From Bacteroidales bacterium (lineage in GTDB: Bacteria; Bacteroidota; Bacteroidia; Bacteroidales; UBA932), in NCBI GenBank assembly GCA_017557535.1, contig JAFYYM010000034.1, forward strand, positions 123,795 to 187,794: a stretch of DNA of 64,000 nt, read 5' to 3'. Positions 48,572-57,186 of this stretch are shown one piece after another (the first letter of the stretch is position 1; every line of letters starts with the position of its first letter). The notes beneath the pieces were generated by a model that saw nothing but the letters and a program-made list of their open reading frames with translations, was not told the DNA's origin and did no database searches. The translations under genes were made by a program, and so were the position numbers.

Positions 48572-49720
48572 TTATTTCTTAATCAAGCTCTTGACATATT
48601 CATAGAACTCAGGATCCTCGCCCACGATGGTCTTGTTGATCGTGCCGTCGGGGTTGAGGATGATCTTCGTGGGATAACCCTGGATAGCATAAGTCATCGA
48701 GACATCCATCTTCTCATTTCCGGGATTATAAACATGGAGCCAAGGAAGCTCATGCTCCTTGATGGCTTTCTTCCACACTTCCTCAGTGTCCCTGCAATCA
48801 ATGCTGAGAATCTCAATCTTGCCCTTGGCATCCTTGTAAAGCTGTTTCATGTCAGGAATGCCCTTCTTGCACCAGTAGCACCACTCACCCCAGAAATCGA
48901 GGATGATGTACTTGCCCTGATTGTAGAGGGATGACAGGGTGAAGTCCTCGCCCTTTTCGTTCTTCAGGGTGAAATCAGGAGCCATCATATTGTCCTGGAC
49001 ATTCTTTGAAGCTTCTGACCTCTGATAAACGCGCCTGGCGTTTTGCTCGGTCTGGTCGACAATCGACTTGAGGGGTCCATTCTTGACATTTTCAGGAAGG
49101 AGAGCGATGAGCTCAAGAGCGTCTTTGCCGTCATCTCCCACGGTCTTTCCGATGATTGAAGCCGAATACTGACTATTCGGATGGGTCCTGACGAACTCTT
49201 TAGCAACCTCGGAGATATGCGCGTTAACCTGCGAGAAAACCTCTGTCAAAGAGTCAGCTTTCGCCTGGTCGCTAGCGGCCATAGCGGCTTTGTACTCCTC
49301 TCCTATGGCGTCTATCTTATCCAGGTCCTCACGGCACATGGCATCGTAGACCTTCTTGTCTTTGTAATATGAACTGCCGTCAAAGACCGGCTTGGCAAGA
49401 GTACCACTGATCTTGGCGTGTTCCCCGGGAACATAGATGAAAGATGTTGAGCCATATTGCCGGCCATATTTGTCATCCGGGAGATAAATCAATATTCCAC
49501 GGGCCACGGAATCATTCACTTCGAAGGAGAACTTTCCTCCTGGAGCCGGGATTACCATTGAGGAAAGAGGTTCCCTCATGTCGTGAACATTCAACACCTC
49601 GACAAGCAATGAATCACCCGCCAAGTCAGCGAAGCGACCGGAGAAGGTGTTCTTTTTCGCGCAAGAAGCGCACACGAGCGGCAATAGAGCCACACAGAGA
49701 TAGATAATCGCTTTTTTCAT
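48572..49720 (-). CDS. TlpA/AhpC-TSA redoxin lipoprotein
   Basis: Lipobox-like VCASC; APDFTL, LDFWGEWCYWC CxxC, IQGYPT. Confidence 0.88.
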   Translation of the reverse strand: MKKAIIYLCVALLPLVCASCAKKNTFSGRFADLAGDSLLVEVLNVHDMREPLSSMVIPAPGGKFSFEVNDSVARGILIYLPDDKYGRQYGSTSFIYVPGEHAKISGTLAKPVFDGSSYYKDKKVYDAMCREDLDKIDAIGEEYKAAMAASDQAKADSLTEVFSQVNAHISEVAKEFVRTHPNSQYSASIIGKTVGDDGKDALELIALLPENVKNGPLKSIVDQTEQNARRVYQRSEASKNVQDNMMAPDFTLKNEKGEDFTLSSLYNQGKYIILDFWGEWCYWCKKGIPDMKQLYKDAKGKIEILSIDCRDTEEVWKKAIKEHELPWLHVYNPGNEKMDVSMTYAIQGYPTKIILNPDGTINKTIVGEDPEFYEYVKSLIKK

Positions 49721-49743
49721 ATTTGATAATTGTTAAGAATCGT

Positions 49744-50901
49744 CTAATTGGAGAAGGCTCCGAGAATTGAGGTTACCGGTGAGAAAACGGTCCCGCTACT
49801 TGTGAAGGCGCCCATGTCGTATGCACCCCATCCATTGCAGACAAGCCCCGCCTTGCTGTAAATCGCCGGTTTCCATTTGCCGTCAACCTCGGGCTCCCAG
49901 TACAAGACCCCAGCGCAGACATCAGGACCCAAACCCTTGACGGAGTCGAGAAAAGACTTAAGGCAGGCTCCGGCCTCAGAAGAGGCGGGGCGAACCCCCA
50001 CTTCACAGATCATGACCTTGCAGGAATTCTTGACGGCAAGCGTCTTTATCGATGATACAGCCTTTGAGTTCAATTGCTGCCATGTGGCTTTCTGGCCATC
50101 TATCTTCACATCAGTCATAGGGTAATGTGAGAGACCGATGATATCGAATTTTCCTCCAGCTTCCTTAAACTCCTTGAAAAACCATCCGTCATAATCGCCG
50201 GCTTTGTAGGCGTTTGATATGTGAATAATCACAGGAGTACTCGGAAACACTTGTTTCACAGCGTCATAGCCAGCGTTACTGACCTTCACATAGTCCGAGT
50301 ATCGAGCCGAACCGCTCTTATTCCAGTCGATTTTACCCGTGTCCCAGACCATGCCGTTGTCGGTCTCGTTTCCGACTTGGACCCACGCCGGGACGACTCC
50401 CGCCGACTTCAAGGCATTCAAGACAGTAACGGTGTGCGAAGATACGGCTAAGGCCACCTTGGAGACATCTTTGGAATATGAAGCCCATGATGAGGGAATG
50501 GTCTGCCTCCCAGGATCCGCGAATATATCACTGTAATGGAAGTCAATCATTATAGCCATCCCAGCGTCCCTGGCCCTTTTGGCCATATTAACGACATCGT
50601 CCTGCCCACTCCATCCGTTTTGATCAAAAGGGTTGACCCAAACCCGGAAACGTACGGAATTCATCCCGGTATTCTTGAGGACCCGGAATATGTCCGAGCC
50701 ACCCTTGTCATCCTTGAAAGATATGCCGCCGCGCTCCATCTCAGAGGCCCAGCTTATGTCAGCGCCTTTCGCGAAGGACACATTCGTGACCGGATCGGGC
50801 GTGACATCCTCCACGTCCACAACAGGATCTTTCTCACGTCCGCACGCGGCCGTAAGAGCGAGAAACGACAACGACAAAAAGTATAATAATACCCTATTCA
50901 T
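49744..50901 (-). CDS. GH53 arabinogalactan endo-beta-1,4-galactanase, lipoprotein
   Basis: Start re-assigned to MNRVLL; lipobox LTAAC; GADISW, RFRVWVNP, IDFHYSD..ADPG, VQVGNE, GLSHYP, YWEP. Confidence 0.9.
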   Translation of the reverse strand: MNRVLLYFLSLSFLALTAACGREKDPVVDVEDVTPDPVTNVSFAKGADISWASEMERGGISFKDDKGGSDIFRVLKNTGMNSVRFRVWVNPFDQNGWSGQDDVVNMAKRARDAGMAIMIDFHYSDIFADPGRQTIPSSWASYSKDVSKVALAVSSHTVTVLNALKSAGVVPAWVQVGNETDNGMVWDTGKIDWNKSGSARYSDYVKVSNAGYDAVKQVFPSTPVIIHISNAYKAGDYDGWFFKEFKEAGGKFDIIGLSHYPMTDVKIDGQKATWQQLNSKAVSSIKTLAVKNSCKVMICEVGVRPASSEAGACLKSFLDSVKGLGPDVCAGVLYWEPEVDGKWKPAIYSKAGLVCNGWGAYDMGAFTSSGTVFSPVTSILGAFSN

Positions 50902-51529
50902 CAATATGATGGACCTCGGGGAAGAGGCCGAACAGTTCGGCGTCGATCCTGTCCGTGATGACTTGGAAGTCCTCAGGGCGGTTCTCGAACTTGATCTCGT
51001 CCACATTGATGATCAGGAGATGACCGTCATATTCCTTAATCCAATCCTCATAGCGCTTGTTAAGGCCGGTGAGGTAGTCGATCCTGATGCTGCTCTCGTA
51101 GTCACGGCCTCTCTTCTGGATCTGGGCGACAAGGTTGGGAATTGTGGAACGTAGATAAATCAGGAGATCCGGCTTGCTCACAAGCGACATCATGAGATCG
51201 AAAAGATCCGAGTAATTCTCAAAATCCCTAGTGCTCATCAGACCCATGGAATGGAGGTTGGGAGCGAATATTCTCGCATCCTCATAGATAGTCCTGTCCT
51301 GAATGATGACGTCGTCGCAGCGGGAGATGTCCACCACGTCCTTAAACCTCTTGTTCAGGAAATAGATCTGAAGGTTGAAAGACCAGCGCTCCATGTCAGC
51401 GTAGAAATCCGCCAGATAGGGGTTGAAATCAACTGACTCGAATTTGGGAGTCCAGCCGTAATGGGCCGCGAGCATCTTGGTCAGCGTGGTCTTGCCACTT
51501 CCTATGTTACCTGCTACCGCAATATGCAT
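50894..51529 (-). CDS. Deoxynucleoside kinase (dAK/dCK-like)
   Basis: AGNIGSGKTT, LQIYFL, QDRTIYED, RGRDYE. Confidence 0.9.
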   Translation of the reverse strand: MHIAVAGNIGSGKTTLTKMLAAHYGWTPKFESVDFNPYLADFYADMERWSFNLQIYFLNKRFKDVVDISRCDDVIIQDRTIYEDARIFAPNLHSMGLMSTRDFENYSDLFDLMMSLVSKPDLLIYLRSTIPNLVAQIQKRGRDYESSIRIDYLTGLNKRYEDWIKEYDGHLLIINVDEIKFENRPEDFQVITDRIDAELFGLFPEVHHIDE

Positions 51530-51546
51530 ATCTTTATGATTTTTAG

Positions 51547-52170
51547 TTATTTCTCCATTGGGAACAAGCCGTAAAGACCGGCATCTATCTTGTCCGTTAT
51601 ATATTCAAAATCCTCGGGACGGCTCTCGAAATCGAGATTGTCAGTCTCAATCGTGAGCACCTTGCCCTTATACTCAGCTATCCACTTGTCGTAGCGTTCG
51701 TTTAGACCTGCGAGGTAATCGAGCCCTATGGTCTGTTCGTAATCCCTGCCCCTCTTCTGGATCTGGGCGACAAGATGTGGTATGGAGCATTTCAGGTATA
51801 TCAGCAAATCGGGCATCCCCGCCATCGAGGACATGACCCCGAAAAGATCCATGTAGGTCTCATAGTCCCTCTTGGAAAGGTTACCCATGGCGTAGTTGTT
51901 GGCCACGAAAATGTATACGCCCTCATAGAGAGTCCTGTCCTGGATGATGACATCCTTGCTTTTAGATATCTCCAGCACATCCTTGAAACGCTGGGCAAGG
52001 AAATATGTCTCGAGGTTGTACGACCAGCGTGGGATGTCCTTATAGTAGTCCTCGAGATACGGGTTATAAGTGACAGACTCATATTTAGGAGTCCATCCGT
52101 AGTGTTTGGCGAGCATCCTGGTGAGAGTGGTCTTACCGCTGCCGATATTTCCCGCTATACCTATGTGCAT
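51547..52170 (-). CDS. Deoxynucleoside kinase paralog
   Basis: AGNIGSGKTT, LETYFL, QDRTLYEG, RGRDYE. Confidence 0.9.
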   Translation of the reverse strand: MHIGIAGNIGSGKTTLTRMLAKHYGWTPKYESVTYNPYLEDYYKDIPRWSYNLETYFLAQRFKDVLEISKSKDVIIQDRTLYEGVYIFVANNYAMGNLSKRDYETYMDLFGVMSSMAGMPDLLIYLKCSIPHLVAQIQKRGRDYEQTIGLDYLAGLNERYDKWIAEYKGKVLTIETDNLDFESRPEDFEYITDKIDAGLYGLFPMEK

Positions 52171-52179
52171 ATACTCAAT

Positions 52180-52872
52180 CTAATAAAGGTCTGTATCATT
52201 CTCCCATGGCTCGTTAAAGGGCTGGAGAAAAGGGTTGGAGGTCCTCTCAACAGCTATGGAAGTGATCGGGCCGTGACCTGGATAGACCTCCACATCTCCG
52301 GGAAGGACCATCAGCTTCTCCATCACGCTGACTATCTCCTTGTCATAGTCTCCGCCCTCGAGATCCGTTCGGCCTATTGACCCGGCGAAAAGGGTATCCC
52401 CGCTGAAAAGCGCCTTAGCGGCCTCGCAGTAGAAACACACGCAACCAGGGGTGTGACCAGGTGTCGCTATTACCTGAAAGGAGAACCCGCCATCTTGAGC
52501 GATGCGAAGAATCTGTCCATCAACGAGTTCCATTGTCTCAAAAGACATATCCGGCCGTTTTAACCCGAAACTGAGTGTGATGTCATTATTGCTCCCGAGA
52601 GTAATCCTGTCCTCAGAGGAAAGATACACCGGAACGGAATACTCCCCACTAAGGTCAGAGACTCCGAAAATATGGTCAAGATGACCATGGGTCAGCCAAA
52701 TGGCTTTCGGCGACAATCTCTCCGAGGCAATGAACCCTTTGAGGGCTGAAACCTCAGAAGCCTCATAACAACCTGGATCGATTATCACACAATCGAGTCC
52801 CTCATCCCAGACGAGATAACAATTCTCCCGAAAAGGATTGAAGTGAAAAGACTTGATATTAATACGATCCAT
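52180..52872 (-). CDS. MBL-fold metallo-hydrolase (glyoxalase II-like)
   Basis: Start re-assigned to MDRINIK; THGHLDH, PGHTPG, FSGDTLF, PGHG. Confidence 0.88.
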   Translation of the reverse strand: MDRINIKSFHFNPFRENCYLVWDEGLDCVIIDPGCYEASEVSALKGFIASERLSPKAIWLTHGHLDHIFGVSDLSGEYSVPVYLSSEDRITLGSNNDITLSFGLKRPDMSFETMELVDGQILRIAQDGGFSFQVIATPGHTPGCVCFYCEAAKALFSGDTLFAGSIGRTDLEGGDYDKEIVSVMEKLMVLPGDVEVYPGHGPITSIAVERTSNPFLQPFNEPWENDTDLY

Positions 52873-52877
52873 TCCTA

Positions 52878-52916
52878 CAAATTTACTGAAATTATCGTAA
52901 AATTCACCTAACTTCG
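52878..52916. promoter_or_regulatory. Back-to-back -7 boxes for MBL hydrolase and uvrA
   Basis: Minus TAAATTTG (52885-52878) 5 nt before ATG 52872; plus TAACTTCG (52909-52916) 6 nt before ATG 52923. Confidence 0.55.
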
Positions 52917-52922
52917 CGTATA

Positions 52923-55745
52923 ATGAGCGAGAACAAGAAGGAATATATCGAGATACGGAAAGCGGAGGCTCACAATCTGGCTGGCGCCAATGTCGACATC
53001 CCGAGAAACGAGTTTGTCGTGGTGACCGGCTTAAGCGGAAGCGGAAAATCATCATTGGCTTTTGACACTATCTACGCCGAAGGTCAAAGACGATACATGG
53101 ACACTTTGTCCACGTACGCTAAGCATTTCATGGGTATACTCGAGAAACCTGAGGTTGAGAGCATCGACGGTCTCAGTCCCATTATCGCCATCGAGCAAAA
53201 GACGACCGGCAACAACCCCCGCTCCACGGTGGGCACCATCACCGAGATATTCGACTTCCTGCGACTCCTCTATGCAAGGGCCTCCAGGGCATATTCCCCG
53301 GTGACGGGCAAGGAGATGGTCCGGTACACCGACGAGCAGATAGTTGACCTCATAATGGATGGTTACAAAGGGAAAAGATGCTACCTGCTCGCTCCGCTGG
53401 TCAGAGGCCGTAAAGGTCATTACAAGGAGCTGTTCGACCAACTCCGCCGGCGCGGATACACCGAGGTCAGAGTTGACGGGGAGATTCATCCGCTAAGCGA
53501 GATGGACACTCTTGACAGGTATAAAGGCCATTTCATAGAGCTGGTGGTTGACAAACTCAAACCCGCGGAGGGAGACACGAAAAGGGTCCGGGACTCCGTG
53601 ATGACGGCCCTGAACATCGGGAAGGGATCCATTGCCATGCTAGAGAGTGGAGACGACACTTTGCGTCATTTCTCCAAACACCTGGTAGATCCCGACTCCG
53701 GTCTCTCCCTCCAGGAACCCGCACCCCATTCATTCTCATTCAATTCCCCCGAGGGATATTGCCCCCACTGCAAAGGGCTTGGGATGATTGTGGATGTGAA
53801 TATGGACACTATCATTCCTGACAGGAGCCTCTCAATCGCGGATGGAGGAATCATACCCCTGGGTAAAGTCCGGGAGACCAAGAAGTTCGCAATCATACGA
53901 TCGATAGCACGTAAATACAATTTCTCCCTTTACGACCCGATAGCGACCATTCCTGACGAGGCTATCTCACACATCATTTTCGGAAGTGAGGAGATGTTCA
54001 GGATCGGCGAGGGCAACCTGTCCGAAATGGTCTCATTCGAGGGTGTGGTAGAGGACATCGATGATAAGATCGTGTGCCCCGTTTGCCATGGAACCCGCCT
54101 AAACCAGAACACAAACTGCTTCAAGATTGACGGGAAGACTATCTCCGAAGTCGCCAGCATGGAAATGACAGAACTGAAAGAGTGGCTGTCTTCCCTTCCC
54201 GGCAAGCTTTCCGTGAGAGAGAATAATATCGCTAGAGACATCCTGAAGGAACTCGACGAGAGGGTACGGTTCATGTTGGATGTGGGTTTGGACTATCTCT
54301 CACTCGACCGTCCCACTGGGTCGCTCTCTGGAGGTGAGAGTCAGAGAATCAGACTCGCCACCCAGATAGGGTCGAAACTTGTCGGAGTTCTTTATATTCT
54401 TGACGAGCCGTCCATAGGTCTCCATCAAAGAGACAACCGGAAATTAATCACCTCTCTCAAAGAGCTCAGGGATGAGGGCAACTCTGTCATGGTCGTGGAA
54501 CATGACTTGGAGACCATGATGAGTGCCGACTGGCTGGTGGATGTCGGACCCGGAGCCGGGGAGAAAGGAGGAAGGATATGCCTGAACGCCCCATTGCAGG
54601 CGTTGCTGGATTACTCACCAAAGAGTGGCGAAATACCTTCTTCGGTAGACAAGTCCACCGCCAATCATTGCGTATTCGGAGACTCGCTCACTCTTGAGTA
54701 TCTTCAAGGGAGGAGGAAGATTGAGGTTCCACGCTATCGCAGGAAGGGTAACGGGCTTACCTTGAGATTGACCGGAGCGCGGGGAAACAATCTCAAGAAT
54801 GTCGACGTGACATTCCCTTTGGGATGCTTCATTGGAGTGGCAGGGGTCAGCGGAAGCGGCAAGTCCTCACTTATCAATGAGACTTTGATGCCTATTCTGA
54901 AGAATAAGATCCACAGGGCGAAGCTCCGTCCACTCCCCTACGGGACGATAGAAGGCGTAAAGAATATCGACAAGCTTATCGAAATCGACCAGAGTCCGAT
55001 CGGGCGCTCACCAAGATCCAATCCAGCGACATTCACCGGAGTGATGGGAGATATCCGTAACCTATTCGAGGAAACTCCCGACGCCAAGGTGAGAGGATTC
55101 AAGGCCGGAAGATTCTCATTCAATGTGCCTGGAGGACGCTGCGAGGCCTGCAACGGGGCCGGAATCAAGGTCATCGAAATGAACTTCCTACCGTCCGTCA
55201 ATGTTATTTGTGATGAGTGCAGGGGAAGACGATACAAGGAAGACACCCTGGCCGTTCATTACAAAGGCAAGAACATCAACGATGTCCTGGAGATGCCCAT
55301 CAGCGAGGCCTATGAGTTTTTCAAGCCGATCCCGTCCATAGCCAGAAAGCTTAAAGCGCTGGTGGATGTGGGTTTGGGATATGTCCACCTCGGCCAAAGC
55401 GCGGTTACCTTGTCTGGAGGTGAGAGTCAGAGGATGAAACTCGCCGCGGAGCTCTTCCGCAAAGCCACCGGCAACACCCTGTATATCCTTGACGAACCCA
55501 CCACGGGCTTGCATTTTGAGGACATAAAAGTCCTTCTACAAGTTCTACAGGAGATTGTAGACCAAGGTAACACCGTGATTATCATCGAGCATAACCTGGA
55601 TATTCTCAAAAGCGTGGACTACATCTTCGATCTGGGTCCGGACGGAGGCCAGGGAGGTGGCAGGATAGTAGCCCAGGGCACTCCTGAGGAACTGGCAGAT
55701 AATCCTCTCTCGGTGACGGGCCCCTATCTGAAGAATCTACTATAG
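52923..55745 (+). CDS. uvrA: Excinuclease ABC subunit A
   Basis: Two Walker A (GLSGSGKSS, GVSGSGKSS), two LSGGE, YAEGQRRY, zinc-finger Cys pairs. Confidence 0.96.
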   Translation: MSENKKEYIEIRKAEAHNLAGANVDIPRNEFVVVTGLSGSGKSSLAFDTIYAEGQRRYMDTLSTYAKHFMGILEKPEVESIDGLSPIIAIEQKTTGNNPRSTVGTITEIFDFLRLLYARASRAYSPVTGKEMVRYTDEQIVDLIMDGYKGKRCYLLAPLVRGRKGHYKELFDQLRRRGYTEVRVDGEIHPLSEMDTLDRYKGHFIELVVDKLKPAEGDTKRVRDSVMTALNIGKGSIAMLESGDDTLRHFSKHLVDPDSGLSLQEPAPHSFSFNSPEGYCPHCKGLGMIVDVNMDTIIPDRSLSIADGGIIPLGKVRETKKFAIIRSIARKYNFSLYDPIATIPDEAISHIIFGSEEMFRIGEGNLSEMVSFEGVVEDIDDKIVCPVCHGTRLNQNTNCFKIDGKTISEVASMEMTELKEWLSSLPGKLSVRENNIARDILKELDERVRFMLDVGLDYLSLDRPTGSLSGGESQRIRLATQIGSKLVGVLYILDEPSIGLHQRDNRKLITSLKELRDEGNSVMVVEHDLETMMSADWLVDVGPGAGEKGGRICLNAPLQALLDYSPKSGEIPSSVDKSTANHCVFGDSLTLEYLQGRRKIEVPRYRRKGNGLTLRLTGARGNNLKNVDVTFPLGCFIGVAGVSGSGKSSLINETLMPILKNKIHRAKLRPLPYGTIEGVKNIDKLIEIDQSPIGRSPRSNPATFTGVMGDIRNLFEETPDAKVRGFKAGRFSFNVPGGRCEACNGAGIKVIEMNFLPSVNVICDECRGRRYKEDTLAVHYKGKNINDVLEMPISEAYEFFKPIPSIARKLKALVDVGLGYVHLGQSAVTLSGGESQRMKLAAELFRKATGNTLYILDEPTTGLHFEDIKVLLQVLQEIVDQGNTVIIIEHNLDILKSVDYIFDLGPDGGQGGGRIVAQGTPEELADNPLSVTGPYLKNLL

Positions 55746-55773
55746 CGGTATCCGCAGGTTGTTTATCCTCATT

Positions 55774-57186
55774 TTAGTCTCCAAGCCTTGACATCCCAGA
55801 CAGGCTCACGGACTTGACACCCGTTACTGACAGCAACGGGGACAGAAGGAGGTGATTTCGAAGAGGTTCCATTCCCTTTATCATTGACATCGGAACCTTG
55901 AAATAAAGCGTTTGCCCATCTTTCGTCTCGAAAATGGCGTATAACTCCAATCCTTTTGAGAAGAGGGATGGATCTGTTCGCTTATCAATCCGCATGAAAA
56001 CTTGCGAATTCTTATCATAAGGCACAAACACGCAGTCCAATAAACCTATGCCTCCAGCGTTAGTCTTCCCGGATATCAAAAGATTTATGTTATCATTCTG
56101 ATCTGGGGAATAATTCTCAAAAAAACCGGCCTCACCGTAAAACAGTCTACGCCAATCCTCGGACTGATACCTGTGGGGAAGGTTAACCTTAATCATATCG
56201 ACAAGGAAAGACGCCAGCTTATAATCCGCCTTAAGAGCCCCTTGGGCAGTCATGTGCTGATTGGAATCGCGGGTGTTCTCAAAGCACTCCTTCGTGAAGA
56301 CATCATAGTCATAGGGCTCTTGAAGATCAAGATAATCATATCCCAGACCTATCACCCTGGAAATGATGGTGTGCCATGAGGAGTAGTTCTCAACGTGCTT
56401 GTGATACATCGGAAGGGTCAGGAAAACGACTCTGATACCCTTCCTGTCGCACAAGCGCTGAATCTTTCTGACAGAATCAAAATTCTCCCGGTTGACCTTG
56501 AAGCCGTTGCCATCCACCACCGCCCCTTTCTCGTCATATTCCTTGTCCGTGGTTTCAGTGATACCAGTCACAAAACGAGTGAAACGTCCTAATTCCAAAT
56601 CGTCCTTTTTCGCTGGGAGATTCTTTCCTTCCAGGTTCTTCTTAATCTGGTCCGGATCCCTGAATATCATGTCATGACCCCGCACAGATGATGACCAGGC
56701 CGAAAGATAATTGTCCGGTGAGAAAAGTACTGGAGTGGAAACCAGCTTCTTCAAAATGTTTTTCCTGCTGGAGAAACTCCTGAACTGACTCGTCAAATCG
56801 CCTCCGGTCAGATCTCGGACTCTGGTGGAGGATATCCCATAAGTCTCCACGACCACGACTTTGGGATCGCATCTCGTCAATCCTTCCTTGAGAGCGTGAT
56901 ACGAGTCTGTTATCGTGGTCCCTGGCGAGGCCAGAATGAAGCAATTCGCCCCAAGAGCGCAAGAAAGGTGATTCGGGTTAATCCCGGTGTAAAGATGCGA
57001 ATTGCCCACCAGGAGGACATCCACTTCGTTGGACCTCGTGAAATCGTAGAAAGAATCCCACTGGAGCTTTTCATGGAAATTGGCCATGTCCGGATTAAAC
57101 ATCCCCGACCGATCAACAGAGACGATGACAGCTCCTATGATGGCCATGAACAGAACCGCTTTAAGATAGAGTCTTTTCATAGCCAT
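55774..57186 (-). CDS. SGNH-like membrane-anchored protein, probable MBOAT partner
   Basis: N-terminal TM; LLVGNSH block-I motif, QHM-type late His; 1-nt overlap with MBOAT stop. Confidence 0.6.
   Translation of the reverse strand: MAMKRLYLKAVLFMAIIGAVIVSVDRSGMFNPDMANFHEKLQWDSFYDFTRSNEVDVLLVGNSHLYTGINPNHLSCALGANCFILASPGTTITDSYHALKEGLTRCDPKVVVVETYGISSTRVRDLTGGDLTSQFRSFSSRKNILKKLVSTPVLFSPDNYLSAWSSSVRGHDMIFRDPDQIKKNLEGKNLPAKKDDLELGRFTRFVTGITETTDKEYDEKGAVVDGNGFKVNRENFDSVRKIQRLCDRKGIRVVFLTLPMYHKHVENYSSWHTIISRVIGLGYDYLDLQEPYDYDVFTKECFENTRDSNQHMTAQGALKADYKLASFLVDMIKVNLPHRYQSEDWRRLFYGEAGFFENYSPDQNDNINLLISGKTNAGGIGLLDCVFVPYDKNSQVFMRIDKRTDPSLFSKGLELYAIFETKDGQTLYFKVPMSMIKGMEPLRNHLLLSPLLSVTGVKSVSLSGMSRLGD

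Noticed and set aside
49628-49637. AGCGAAGCGA motif in the TlpA gene
   Set aside because: Isolated 10-mer with no flanking stem or length anomaly.
54601-54690. Extra ~20 aa in UvrA before SLTLEYL
   Set aside because: Only 4-5-bp weak stems and no similarity to the other elements; likely ordinary loop variation.
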